A stretch of DNA of 64,000 nucleotides from Candidatus Dadabacteria bacterium (GTDB lineage Bacteria > Desulfobacterota_D > UBA1144 > Nemesobacterales > CSP1-2): the NCBI GenBank assembly GCA_963805855.1, contig CAWDVW010000005.1, positions 736,001-800,000 of the forward strand, given 5' to 3'. The notes under the pieces were generated by a model that worked only from the letters and a program-made list of their open reading frames with translations, did no database searches and had not been told where the DNA came from. Made by a program: the position numbers and the translations under genes. Shown here one piece after another: positions 1 to 10,260 of the stretch (positions within the stretch are counted from its first letter, which is position 1; every line of letters starts with the position of its first letter).

Positions 1-117
1 ACTTATTGTCCGAAATGCTTATATTTATGGTTAGTAATGATAAAGATCAATACGGAGAAATTAAGGGTTAGCCAGAAGAAATTAAATTGTTAGGAAGCAG
101 CCCGAGAACTGATAGCG

Positions 118-552
118 ATGAATATGAATAAGATTCAAGATATATACGATGATAATTTAAAATTTATGAGATTAGTCCTAAACTCCACCTACGATGTGAT
201 GGGGAAAGGGCAAGTTCTCTTGATTAACCTTTTAAAACCAGCAAAACCCTCCACAAAGGTTGTGAGAAGGGACAACGGAGAAGAACCGGTCGAGGGTATT
301 CAGTCAAAAGGGGATCGATTTCTTTCCGAGCTATATGCTTTGAGTAAAGCTGATCAGAATCAGGGGCTCAATATGTATGAAATAGGGGAAGGCATTGGTT
401 TTGACGAACTTGAAACTGAGGAAATAGTGAATAATCTTTCAAGAGCAGAGTTGATAAAACGAGATAAATCCTCAGAGGATGTCTTTCTAACACCCTATGG
501 AATCATGATAAATAATAGAGATATAATCGTCGGATACGCTCCCGTACATTAA
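118..552 (+). CDS. hypothetical protein, possible C-terminal winged-helix domain
   Basis: 144-aa ORF; C-terminal EIGEGIGFDELETEEIVNNLSRAELI..VFLTPYG resembles a wHTH. Confidence 0.6.
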   Translation: MNMNKIQDIYDDNLKFMRLVLNSTYDVMGKGQVLLINLLKPAKPSTKVVRRDNGEEPVEGIQSKGDRFLSELYALSKADQNQGLNMYEIGEGIGFDELETEEIVNNLSRAELIKRDKSSEDVFLTPYGIMINNRDIIVGYAPVH

Positions 553-568
553 TACCCAAGGTTAAAAT

Positions 569-1591
569 TCAAAATGAATTAAAAACCAATTCCTTTACCT
601 CATCTGTTTCAATTGAAAGATCCATACGTATATTTTCATCCAATCCCCTTACCCATAATGCGATTTTACGATATACATCTACCCTTTGAAACTTCAGGTA
701 TCTATACTTGCCATCGACACCCGGGAATAACTCTGCAGTTACCGTAGGGCTATCTGGAAAACGCCTTCTTATTAAATCGATCAGCAATTTATGGAGTTTG
801 ATAGTTCCAAGCGAAATATAATCAATTCTTCCGGGATCAAGTTTAACCAATATCTCTTCGACCATACCGCGGTAATCCTCTTCCCATCCTTCATATATTA
901 TTATGGGGTCTAATCTTACACCGACCTCATAACCCGCATTCTGGCATCTTCTCGCCGCATCCAGCCTTTCCCTGAGCGAAGGAGTTGTATGCTCTATGGC
1001 ATTCACAACCCTTTCGGGACTTAGCGTCCACGATGGAATCATATTTTTTGGATGGTATTTCAATAATAGAAGGTTCTGGACATTTGTACTCTTGGTTCGA
1101 AATTCAATCACACCATTTTTGTATTTCGAAAAAAGGTCTGAGATTCTCAGTGAAAAATCCGTTAGCGGATCAAAAGCGAGCGCATCACAAACTTCGCCGA
1201 CGTGGAAGTAAGGACGGGGATGACTTTTTAAAATTTCCTCCATCTTTAAGAGAACATCATCCCTATTTACAAAAATTACCGGCACTTTGGTTTGGAAATA
1301 ATACTGCAGGTAACAATATTCGCAATCATATTTACAATCTATCTCATGAAATAGGTAGTACTGGCCACTTTCCATTCTTCCTATGTTCTTAAGAACTTCT
1401 CCCTTTTTCTCGGCTAAAGCCAATGAATTTTTATCCTCGATAGCCCGTATGGGAAAAGGTTTCCCCTCTCCAATACCTTTATAATTATCCACAAACTCTA
1501 CCGGCACGAAAGGCAGCCTCGAGATTATCTTCTTTGTAAGGGGATGATCCTTTATGTGTCTCTCAATGTATAATCTATTAGGCGTTTCCAT
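569..1591 (-). CDS. spore photoproduct lyase-family radical SAM protein
   Basis: CKYDCEYCYLQ radical SAM motif, FRTKS, WTLSP..EH, RLDPII typical of the SplB family. Confidence 0.8.
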   Translation of the reverse strand: METPNRLYIERHIKDHPLTKKIISRLPFVPVEFVDNYKGIGEGKPFPIRAIEDKNSLALAEKKGEVLKNIGRMESGQYYLFHEIDCKYDCEYCYLQYYFQTKVPVIFVNRDDVLLKMEEILKSHPRPYFHVGEVCDALAFDPLTDFSLRISDLFSKYKNGVIEFRTKSTNVQNLLLLKYHPKNMIPSWTLSPERVVNAIEHTTPSLRERLDAARRCQNAGYEVGVRLDPIIIYEGWEEDYRGMVEEILVKLDPGRIDYISLGTIKLHKLLIDLIRRRFPDSPTVTAELFPGVDGKYRYLKFQRVDVYRKIALWVRGLDENIRMDLSIETDEVKELVFNSF

Positions 1592-1829
1592 TTTTTTTTT
1601 GAAAATTTTTCGACTGAATAGAAATCTAAATCTTTATAAGAATAACCATCATATTGAAAGCATAAACCACTGGCCAGTTAAGGATTTTAATCAAAGATGC
1701 AAATCCGGATAAAACACTAGGATACCTAATGAAATTAAATTTAAGTAAATTCCCTATCTCTATAGCAATCCCTAGCGACTATGACGTAGCATTTCCCTGA
1801 TTCAGAATATCGCTAAAATTAAAAAGCAA

Positions 1830-1858
1830 TTGACGGGATACTAATGAATATTTAAAAT
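1830..1858 (+). promoter_or_regulatory. sigma70-type promoter of mnmG
   Basis: TTGACG-17 nt-TAAAAT upstream of ATG 1895. Confidence 0.55.
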
Positions 1859-1894
1859 TCATCAATCCGTAATTGGTAGCTATGGATTAAGATT

Positions 1895-3805
1895 ATGAGA
1901 CCTTCATATCGAAAATCACATCAGATAATAGTCATAGGAGCAGGACACGCAGGCTGTGAGGCCGCGCTGGCCTCCGCCAGAATTGGTTGCAGGACACTTG
2001 TACTCACAGCGAATATCGACACGATAGGCCTGATGTCATGTAACCCTTCTATTGGGGGTGTTGGAAAAGGCCATCTTGTAAAGGAGATTGACGCCCTTGG
2101 AGGCGAAATGGGAAAGGCGGCCGACGCAACAGCCATTCAATTTAGAAGGCTGAATACAAAAAAGGGCCCGGCAGTCCAAGCAACTAGAATTCAAGCGGAC
2201 AGGCAAGCTTATAAAACATACATGAGGAATGCCCTAGAATCCGAAAGGAATATAGATATAAAGCAGAGAATGGTGGAAGGATTTCTTGCCAAGCGTGGAA
2301 GGGTGTTAGGGGTCAAAACAAATCTCGGCGAGAATTTTTTCGCAGATGCCGTGGTAGTCACTCCCGGAACATTTCCGAACGGACTGATTCACATAGGGCT
2401 TACCAAGATATCTGCAGGTCGTGCCGGCGAGGCTGCCGCGCTAGGGATAACCGAATCTTTTGAGAGCCTTGGATTCAAAATGGGAAGGTTAAAAACTGGG
2501 ACACCTCCTAGATTCGACGGAAGGACAATTAATTGGGAAATTCTAGAGGTTCAACCGGGCGATAAAGATCCGGTCCCGTTTTCATCCTCTAGCGATATCA
2601 ACGACAGGAGACAGCTCCCGTGCTACATAACCTATACCAACGAAAAGACCCATGATGTGATTAGAAGAAACCTCCACAAGTCACCTCTGTATTCAGGAGA
2701 TATTAAAGGAGTCGGTCCCAGATATTGCCCCTCTATAGAGGATAAGGTCGTAAAGTTTGCCGACAAGGACCGACATCAAATATTCCTTGAGCCAGAGGGA
2801 ATAAATACCTATGAAATTTATCCAAACGGCATCTCCACCAGCCTACCGTTGGACGTTCAATACCAAATCGTTCGAACCATTAGAGGCCTCGAAGAAGTAG
2901 AGATAATGCGACCCGGTTACGCAGTGGAATATGACTTCTTAGACCCGACACAGCTAAATAACATTCTCGAATCAAAGCACGTCTCAAATTTGTTCTTTGC
3001 GGGACAAATAAACGGGACAACGGGTTATGAAGAAGCAGCATCTCAGGGTCTTATCGCCGGTATAAACGCAGCCCTTCTTGTAAAAGGAGAAGAACCTTTA
3101 ATTATAGATCGATCGGAGGGTTACATCGGGATCTTAATAGACGATCTTGTTACAAAAGGTGTTGACGAGCCATACAGAATGTTTACTTCACGAGCTGAGT
3201 ATCGTCTAATCCTGAGAGAAGATAACGCAGATTTAAGGCTTAGGGAAAAGGGTCATCGCATCGGTCTGGTCAGGAATAAAGCGTACGATAAGTTCATCGA
3301 GAAAAAAGAGAAGATCGAAAATGAACTCAGCAGGTTGGAAAAAACAAAAGTCTTTCCAAACAATCAGGTCAATGACCTCCTTACACAGATTGGATCTTCT
3401 CCTTTGAAAAAACCGCATACGTTAAAAGAGTTACTTAGACGACCGGAAATTACCTACAGAGAACTCAGTTTAATAGACCCTCTCTCAAGTAACTTTATAG
3501 ACAGCGATCTAACGGCACAGATATGTATGGAGATTAAATACGAAGGCTACATAAAGAGGCAGTTCGAACAGGTGGAAAAATTCAAGAGGATCGAACAGAT
3601 TCATATTCCAAAGGACTTTTCCTATCAAACCATACCAGGGCTTTCCAATGAGATTGTTCAGAAACTCTCGAAAATCCGGCCATCCTCTCTGGGGCAAGCA
3701 AGCAGAATTTCAGGTATAACACCTGCTGCGATTTCTGTCCTTATGGTTTATTTAAAGCAAGATGTGATTAAGAATTTAGAGGGTTATTCTTCCAGATTTT
3801 CTTGA
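1895..3805 (+). CDS. mnmG: tRNA uridine-5-carboxymethylaminomethyl(34) synthesis enzyme MnmG
   Basis: GAGHAGCEAA, MSCNPSIGG, RLKTGTPPR, GPRYCPSIEDK, GQINGTTGYEEAA motifs. Confidence 0.98.
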   Translation: MRPSYRKSHQIIVIGAGHAGCEAALASARIGCRTLVLTANIDTIGLMSCNPSIGGVGKGHLVKEIDALGGEMGKAADATAIQFRRLNTKKGPAVQATRIQADRQAYKTYMRNALESERNIDIKQRMVEGFLAKRGRVLGVKTNLGENFFADAVVVTPGTFPNGLIHIGLTKISAGRAGEAAALGITESFESLGFKMGRLKTGTPPRFDGRTINWEILEVQPGDKDPVPFSSSSDINDRRQLPCYITYTNEKTHDVIRRNLHKSPLYSGDIKGVGPRYCPSIEDKVVKFADKDRHQIFLEPEGINTYEIYPNGISTSLPLDVQYQIVRTIRGLEEVEIMRPGYAVEYDFLDPTQLNNILESKHVSNLFFAGQINGTTGYEEAASQGLIAGINAALLVKGEEPLIIDRSEGYIGILIDDLVTKGVDEPYRMFTSRAEYRLILREDNADLRLREKGHRIGLVRNKAYDKFIEKKEKIENELSRLEKTKVFPNNQVNDLLTQIGSSPLKKPHTLKELLRRPEITYRELSLIDPLSSNFIDSDLTAQICMEIKYEGYIKRQFEQVEKFKRIEQIHIPKDFSYQTIPGLSNEIVQKLSKIRPSSLGQASRISGITPAAISVLMVYLKQDVIKNLEGYSSRFS

Positions 3806-3945
3806 TCTTCGTCGTCTGACGCAGATAATTCTTTTTCAAGCATTTCCATGATATCTTCATAGTCTCCACCCACATAGGTAGAACTCTCCGGATCTTCAAG
3901 CAGATCGACGAGGTCTTTTATTTTTCTTCCTCCCTTTTTAGACAT
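3784..3945 (-). CDS. small acidic protein (53 aa, MSKKGGRKIKDLVDLLEDPESSTYVGGDYEDIMEMLEKELSASDDEDQENLEE)
   Basis: translated by hand; GGAGG RBS at 3956-3960; below the ORF-track cutoff; overlaps the mnmG 3' end. Confidence 0.65.
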   Translation of the reverse strand: MSKKGGRKIKDLVDLLEDPESSTYVGGDYEDIMEMLEKELSASDDEDQENLEE

Positions 3946-4091
3946 TGCATATTATCCTCCTTTAAATAATTTTAACACAACCTATAAAATAATTACAAAT
4001 ATAACCTGATAATTCGCTGCATCAAGCTACAAGGAAGGAAGATCTTCTTACCTTACATGTGGAAAAAAAGACCATAAACTAACAATAATTT

Positions 4092-4119
4092 GCGGGGAAC
4101 GCATATATGCGTTCCCTAC
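4092..4119. repeat. GTAG-family REP-like palindrome
   Basis: GCGGGGAACGCATATATGCGTTCCCTAC; degenerate copy at ~22256-22283. Confidence 0.75.
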
Positions 4120-4168
4120 CACTACACAAATTATTCGTTAGAAAATCGAATGTCGGTTAATTAGAGAT

Positions 4169-4381
4169 GTAGCGGAGGACTTCAGCCCTCCATAAAATCA
4201 ATAAGATGGAAATCTATCAGGTCAAGAATTTCCCGACTATCCATAATAAAGGACCTTCATCAATAACGATAGGGGAGGTTTTCCGACCCCGCATGGATAA
4301 AACATAAGGAATGGAAGCCTAACCTGTCCTTAGCCCTGAGCGTGACGAAGGGTCGAAGGAAAGCTTCCCCTGCATTTAGGA
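4169..4381 (+). repeat. composite REP/REPIN-like dispersed repeat, copy A
   Basis: begins with GTAGCGGAGGACTTCAGCCCTCC; aligns by eye over ~195 bp with the reverse complement of 52321-52518. Confidence 0.8.
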
Positions 4382-4396
4382 CAAAAGTAGAAGAAT

Positions 4397-6634
4397 TTAT
4401 GAAGCCTTTTGCGCTCGGGTTTTTTTTACGTTTAATAGTTCCAACATCTTCCCCACATCAGTTGTTGGAAGTTGACATTCATAGTTTAGACACACGTAGG
4501 CAGTTGCTTTTCCATTGAGGCTCGTGTGATTTTTTGCATATTCGGCAAAGAGGCTTATGTCGGATGCGCTGTTCTCACTTGCGCGAAATAGCACAACCTT
4601 ATTGGGTAAGAATTGCTTCCGCAGCGCTTCCAGCATAACACCTGTATCGTCTGCCTTGGAATCACCTGCAATCACAACTTCGTAAGAAGGGCCTATCCCG
4701 AAATCCAAGGCGACCAAGAGTTGAGTAAAAGCCGACGGATACTTCTTGATAACTTTTGAAAAAACTTCACCTATTTTTGCGGCTTTGCGTTCCAGGTCCG
4801 AATTGGCGGTTATCCTTCCCAGTCTTATGAGGTTAAGCATTGCGACAGAATTGCCTGAAGGCATTGCACCGTCATTTATTTCCTTCTGACGGACAATAAG
4901 TTCTTCGACATCGTTTGGGGTAAAGTAAAACCCTCCATTAGCCTCATCCCAGAAATTTTTGATCAATTCACTGTTCATCTCTAAGGCTGTCTTAAGATAG
5001 TTAACATCAAAGGTAGCTTCGTAAAGCTCCGTCAGTCCCCAGACCAAAAATGCATAATCAGTAAGGTTTGCCCTTATACCAGATTCTCCATCTCTGTAGC
5101 GATGAAGTAAGTTACCATTCTTATCTCGGAGATTTTTAAGTATAAAATCTACCGCACGACCAGCTGCGACCGAATACTCTGGCTCATTAAACGCCTGTGC
5201 TCCTTTAGCGAGGGCGGCGATCATCAACCCATTCCAATCGGTCAGTACCTTATCGTCTTTATGAGGATGAACCCTTTTCTCTCTGACCGTAAACAGCTTT
5301 TCTCTTGCCGATTGAATTTTGCTATTTAGTTTCTCTTCAGAAATATTGAGAGACAGGGCAATTTCAGCTACAGGCTTTTTTAGATGCAGGATGTTGTCTC
5401 CAGTCTTCCTTCCGGTTGCCTCCTCACCGAAATTGCCCGCTTCGTCTACATTGAAAACCTTTATGAACAGTTCGGCATCATCTTTACCCAATACTTGTCT
5501 AATCTCTCTTTCATTCCAGAGATAAAATTTACCTTCTTCTCCCTCGCTATCGGCATCCTCGGCCGAATAGAAGCCACCGCCAGCATCAGTCATGTCCCTG
5601 AGTACATAACTGAATATTTCGCGAGCGGTCTGCTCATAATCCTTTTTGCCGGTTGCTTGATAAGCCTCAATATATGCCATGGCCAGCATCGCCTGATCGT
5701 AAAGCATCTTTTCAAAGTGCGGAACAAACCAGTTTGGGTCCGTGGAATAACGATGAAATCCAAATCCGACATGATCGTATATACCACCAAGTCGCATCGA
5801 TTGAAGGGTCTTTTCTACCATGGCTAAAGCATTTTCATTGCCGCTTCGCTTCCAGTAGCGAAGCAGGAAAAGATAATTATGTGGAGTTGGAAACTTAGGC
5901 GCCGTCCCCATTCCCCCGTTAGTTGAATCAAAGTTTCCTGCAAGCTGATCATATGCATTCTCTAACGAAGATTCGTCAAGTTCTTCACCCTTAAGCTGCA
6001 CTGAACTCCCTAATCCCTGCTGAAGAGCAGAGGTTATTTGGTTAGCCGACTTCGTCACCTCATCCCTCTGCGTAGTCCAGAGCTCCTTTACGCGCGGGAT
6101 CAGATCGAGCATTCCGGCGCGGCCAAAGCGCGCTTCCTTTGGGATGTATGTCGCGGCGAAGAAGGGCTTATTGTCTGGTGTCATTATGATGTTTAGTGGC
6201 CATCCGCAATTACCCCTCGATATCATCTGACATACCGTCATATAGATGTTATCTATATCAGGTCTTTCTTCCCGATCTACCTTTATTGAAACAAAAGTCT
6301 CGTTCATGAGCCTTGCAACCTCGGGATCCTCAAACGATTCGTGCTCCATGACATGACACCAATGGCATGTTGAGTACCCAATTGAAAGGAGAATTGGCTT
6401 ATCCTCTTTACGAGCCTTTTCAAAGGCCTCGTCGCCCCAAGGATACCAATCCACAGGATTATCTGCATGCTGAAGTAAGTACGGGCTCTTTTCATTTATG
6501 AGCCGATTTGGCTTTCCCATTTTTTTCGATTCCGTCGCGTGAAGTTTTGTTACATTAGTAAATAGCTCTGATGAAAACAACACGATTATGACTACTATAA
6601 TTCCACTTAAAAAGATAAAGGCTAACCTGTTCAT
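4397..6634 (-). CDS. thioredoxin-domain protein YyaL/SSP411 (DUF255) with N-terminal membrane anchor
   Basis: [53 protein letters not shown]. Confidence 0.92.
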   Translation of the reverse strand: MNRLAFIFLSGIIVVIIVLFSSELFTNVTKLHATESKKMGKPNRLINEKSPYLLQHADNPVDWYPWGDEAFEKARKEDKPILLSIGYSTCHWCHVMEHESFEDPEVARLMNETFVSIKVDREERPDIDNIYMTVCQMISRGNCGWPLNIIMTPDNKPFFAATYIPKEARFGRAGMLDLIPRVKELWTTQRDEVTKSANQITSALQQGLGSSVQLKGEELDESSLENAYDQLAGNFDSTNGGMGTAPKFPTPHNYLFLLRYWKRSGNENALAMVEKTLQSMRLGGIYDHVGFGFHRYSTDPNWFVPHFEKMLYDQAMLAMAYIEAYQATGKKDYEQTAREIFSYVLRDMTDAGGGFYSAEDADSEGEEGKFYLWNEREIRQVLGKDDAELFIKVFNVDEAGNFGEEATGRKTGDNILHLKKPVAEIALSLNISEEKLNSKIQSAREKLFTVREKRVHPHKDDKVLTDWNGLMIAALAKGAQAFNEPEYSVAAGRAVDFILKNLRDKNGNLLHRYRDGESGIRANLTDYAFLVWGLTELYEATFDVNYLKTALEMNSELIKNFWDEANGGFYFTPNDVEELIVRQKEINDGAMPSGNSVAMLNLIRLGRITANSDLERKAAKIGEVFSKVIKKYPSAFTQLLVALDFGIGPSYEVVIAGDSKADDTGVMLEALRKQFLPNKVVLFRASENSASDISLFAEYAKNHTSLNGKATAYVCLNYECQLPTTDVGKMLELLNVKKTRAQKAS

Positions 6635-6879
6635 TATTTCAATAAGCTCTTAGGCCACCCTTTTGAGTCATCAGACCCCGGTATTCAGCATATCCAAAGA
6701 GGGTCATATAACCGATTGAAGTGCTATTCCTAATCGATATATTTGCTACGATCTGTTTTCCTAATAAGATAGTTTAATGCCATTTATTATTATTCGCAAC
6801 ATTCTTATTGTTTACTGATGGAATCCCGCCTGAAACGAAGTATTCAAATACCCTTTACTAGTGACATTAGTTATAATTA

Positions 6880-8613
6880 TTGACTCAAAAAATTTTAGAA
6901 CAAAATATGAATTTAATTGATAAGAAATACTCTGAGATTATATTAGAGGAAAAGGCTCTGCTGGAATCCCTTGTCCCGGAAATAAAATCGACATCAAACG
7001 AAAAACTCGAAAGAAAATTAAACAGCGCCCGCGACAATCTTGAAAACCTCTTCTCAGTAGTTTTCATCGGTGAGTTCAGCACCGGGAAATCGACAATAAT
7101 AAACGCGCTGCTGGGTAGAAACATCCTTCCGGAAGGGATCACTCCTACTACGGATGAAATAACCATCATCAAATACGGTGAAACAGACGAGGAATCAAAC
7201 TATAATGACTACCATTATATTTCAATCAACGAAGAAAGGCTTAAAGGTTTTTTCATCGTAGACACTCCCGGAACAAACGTCACGATCGAACAGCATGAAA
7301 AGATAACCCAGGACTTCATACCTAACGCCGACATAGTTTTTTTTACAATCGGAGCAGAAAGAGCCGTAACAGGAAGCGAAGCGAAGCTCATTAGATTTAT
7401 CAAAGAAGACTGGCTTAAAAATATAGTCTTCCTCCTGAATAAGATTGATATAGTAGATGACCAGAGCGAACTTAATGAGCTGATACAGCATACAGAAGGC
7501 GAACTACAGAGAATATTCAAGATAAAACCGTTTCTGATACCCATTTCTGCGAAGTTTGCGAATAATGCAAGAACCTCGTCCGATGAGGAACTCTATAGAA
7601 GGAGCGGGATAAATAAGGTTGAAGACTATATGTTCAAGACTCTGGGAGAAGAGGAACGGATCAGGATGAAAATAAAGGGATCTTCCGAATTTGCTATTAG
7701 CCTTTGCACCGAAACAATAAAAGCGATTGATGACAACATTCAAAAGATATCTATCGATATGGTAAAGCTCGGGGAGTTCGAAAATAGATTAACAGGAATG
7801 AAGGAAGAGATCTTCTATAACTCAAATCAGTTCACGGAGAGGATCAAGACAAGGCTCCTTGAATTTAAAACAAGGGGTATAGAGTTTATCGACGATCTAA
7901 TCCGATTTGAGAATGTGCTTAAGCTATTCAGAAAGGAAAAAATCGCAAAGGAGTTTGAGTCCAGAGTCTCACTTCAGACCGTAAAGGAGTTGGAAAAAGA
8001 TCTTGATGCTATGGTCAGCTGGACAGAGCGATCCGCAAGGACGATGATGGATACCTCACTTGAGTTTTATCGCGACTCCATCCAACCAGAATCAACAAAG
8101 CTTCACACGGGCTTCGGCTACGACAGATCTCTTCTCATAGACACCGTCAGGACGGAAATCGACAAAAGACGACAGCAGATCGACCCTGCGTTGCTGGGAG
8201 GTAATCTCGTCGACTCCGCTAGAACCGCGATCGCATCGGTCTTAGGAGTTCAGGTAGGATCCCTCGCCATCGGTGCGGCGGTTATCTCAGCATTCTCATC
8301 CATAATCGTCGACATAACGGGAATAATAGCAACAATTGCGGTAGTTGCTACGGCTTTTGCAATACTTCCCAGAAAGCGAAGGAACGCTATGAAGGAGTTT
8401 AGCGTCAAGGTAGACACGTTGATTGCCGAATTAACCTCAAGCATGAGCTCACAGCTTGAACGAGACCTCGACAGTATAAAAATGCAGATCCTGGATTCGC
8501 TGATTCCCCTAAAGAACTTTTATAAAACACAGGAAGCAAAACTTCTGCAGTCTAAGAAGCGTGTGGAAGACATAGGCGAAAATTTTACGAAGATCAATAA
8601 AAGCGTGTCCTAG
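6880..8613 (+). CDS. bacterial dynamin-like GTPase (start may be ATG 6907)
   Basis: G1 GEFSTGKS, G2 PTT, G3 DTPG, G4 NKID, long helical stalk and hydrophobic paddle. Confidence 0.85.
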   Translation: MTQKILEQNMNLIDKKYSEIILEEKALLESLVPEIKSTSNEKLERKLNSARDNLENLFSVVFIGEFSTGKSTIINALLGRNILPEGITPTTDEITIIKYGETDEESNYNDYHYISINEERLKGFFIVDTPGTNVTIEQHEKITQDFIPNADIVFFTIGAERAVTGSEAKLIRFIKEDWLKNIVFLLNKIDIVDDQSELNELIQHTEGELQRIFKIKPFLIPISAKFANNARTSSDEELYRRSGINKVEDYMFKTLGEEERIRMKIKGSSEFAISLCTETIKAIDDNIQKISIDMVKLGEFENRLTGMKEEIFYNSNQFTERIKTRLLEFKTRGIEFIDDLIRFENVLKLFRKEKIAKEFESRVSLQTVKELEKDLDAMVSWTERSARTMMDTSLEFYRDSIQPESTKLHTGFGYDRSLLIDTVRTEIDKRRQQIDPALLGGNLVDSARTAIASVLGVQVGSLAIGAAVISAFSSIIVDITGIIATIAVVATAFAILPRKRRNAMKEFSVKVDTLIAELTSSMSSQLERDLDSIKMQILDSLIPLKNFYKTQEAKLLQSKKRVEDIGENFTKINKSVS

Positions 8614-8823
8614 CAGTTCAATGATGAAACAAATCTCTTTGAGCAAAGTTAATATATACAAATGTTATAGGTACCAAATAAATGGGTTTTAAAGAGCAAA
8701 TTTCATTTACTTCATTCCAGTATCACTTGAAATTGTCCAGGTTTTTTAAAGCTTTTGGGTTTTATATGTATTGATGGCTATGTATACTATAAGAGTAATG
8801 AGGCCTGACTGGGGTACACTAGT

Positions 8824-10212
8824 ATGAGGGGAACTCTAGAAATAATAATCACACTCTTAGTTTTGTTCTCGCCGGCTTATCCGCTACACGCCCAAAGCAT
8901 CAGATCGGGAGGTTTTGCGGGCCGGGGAATTAGCGGAGGAATTAGAGGGGCTAGAGTCGGGACAACCGGTTCGGGAAGACAGGGAACGGTCTCAAATTTC
9001 CGACCTGGATTCAATCGAGCTGGCTCAACCTCGAGCTTTCGAGGAAAGAGCGCAGGGATCGGTAATGGAATGGCTAATTCTCGTTTTAGCCAAAGAGGTT
9101 TTGGACAGAATACTTCGAGGGCCGGAGGTTCATTCAGTTCCAGCTCGAACCTCACAAGATCCACTCTGGGTAAAAGCATTTCAGCTCCACAATTTCAATT
9201 AATTTCTGCGTCCAGAAAAAATGCTATGGCACCGGTCAATAAGGGCTCTACGGGTTTTGACTCTGGAAGGCTAAACAAAGTCAGATCTGGATCTCAAAAG
9301 GATACATCACCGACGAAGACAGGAAGAAATTACCCCTCTTCTAATAAAATCAGCAATATCTCCAGGGGACTAAAAAATCCCCTTATCATCGATAAAAGGG
9401 CGTCCTTGATATCTAAGAGATTGAACTCAAATCGAAATGGGAATCACAAACGCACGCTAACCGGAAAAGAAGGGGCCATCAAACCTTTCAACGAAATATC
9501 AACAGTTTCTGCTGGGAATAGGGATATAGTTCATTGGGTTGATAGACATAATGGCATTAGACACTATACAAACGACATAAATTCAATCCCCGAAGCAGCG
9601 AAAGCAATAACTCTGGTGGACGGTAAAAATCGTAGGTCGGTATCGGGCTTGTCAGAAAGAACCAAAAATCTTAGAATTTCTGAGTCTCGTTTCAGAAAAG
9701 CGTCCTTTACAAGCCCGGATAAAACTGCAAATCTTGTCATGGAAAAGACCGCCGATTTCCCAGGTCAACGCCGGGGCTTTGCGATTGGGGGAGATCATGA
9801 AAGAAGAAATACTCACAATGGCAAGCACACTAAAGGCTTCCATCATAATAAGGGCTTCGCCGACACTGGTCCCCAACACTTTCGTCATGGTCATTTTCAT
9901 CACGGTCACTTCTTTCCAGTCGATCCATTTTTCTTTGGCAACTCATTTTTCTTTTTCCGGCCATTCTTCCCTCTTTCAAGCTTTTTCTTTGTGAATAATC
10001 CTTTTATATTTCAACCGATTTTCCCGTCTCCGTTCTTCGGTTTTCAGCCTTTCTTTGTTCCTGCGGTACCGATTGTTTTCATTCCGGTTTTCCCCCAATT
10101 TACAATATTGACGCCATTTATAGATCCGTTTTTGCTAAACCCCTTCTTTAGCCCATTTTTCTTCGGGACAGACTTCTTCTCTACCTCAATCGCCTTTAAT
10201 AATTTCTTTTAA
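8824..10212 (+). CDS. secreted low-complexity protein with a DUF4124-like motif, His-rich linker and Phe/Pro-rich tail
   Basis: 462-aa ORF with signal peptide (LHAQ), G/S/R-rich N-terminus, HWVDRHNGIRHYTND motif. Confidence 0.65.
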   Translation: MRGTLEIIITLLVLFSPAYPLHAQSIRSGGFAGRGISGGIRGARVGTTGSGRQGTVSNFRPGFNRAGSTSSFRGKSAGIGNGMANSRFSQRGFGQNTSRAGGSFSSSSNLTRSTLGKSISAPQFQLISASRKNAMAPVNKGSTGFDSGRLNKVRSGSQKDTSPTKTGRNYPSSNKISNISRGLKNPLIIDKRASLISKRLNSNRNGNHKRTLTGKEGAIKPFNEISTVSAGNRDIVHWVDRHNGIRHYTNDINSIPEAAKAITLVDGKNRRSVSGLSERTKNLRISESRFRKASFTSPDKTANLVMEKTADFPGQRRGFAIGGDHERRNTHNGKHTKGFHHNKGFADTGPQHFRHGHFHHGHFFPVDPFFFGNSFFFFRPFFPLSSFFFVNNPFIFQPIFPSPFFGFQPFFVPAVPIVFIPVFPQFTILTPFIDPFLLNPFFSPFFFGTDFFSTSIAFNNFF

Positions 10213-10260
10213 CTGGCAATCAAAAGGATTGTCTTCCCTAAATCCGACACCGAAAGAATA

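Noticed and set aside
569-1591. Radical SAM protein as the sulfatase maturase (anSME)
   Set aside because: It has no Cys-rich SPASM domain, its motifs fit the SplB family, and it lies 25 kb from the sulfatases.
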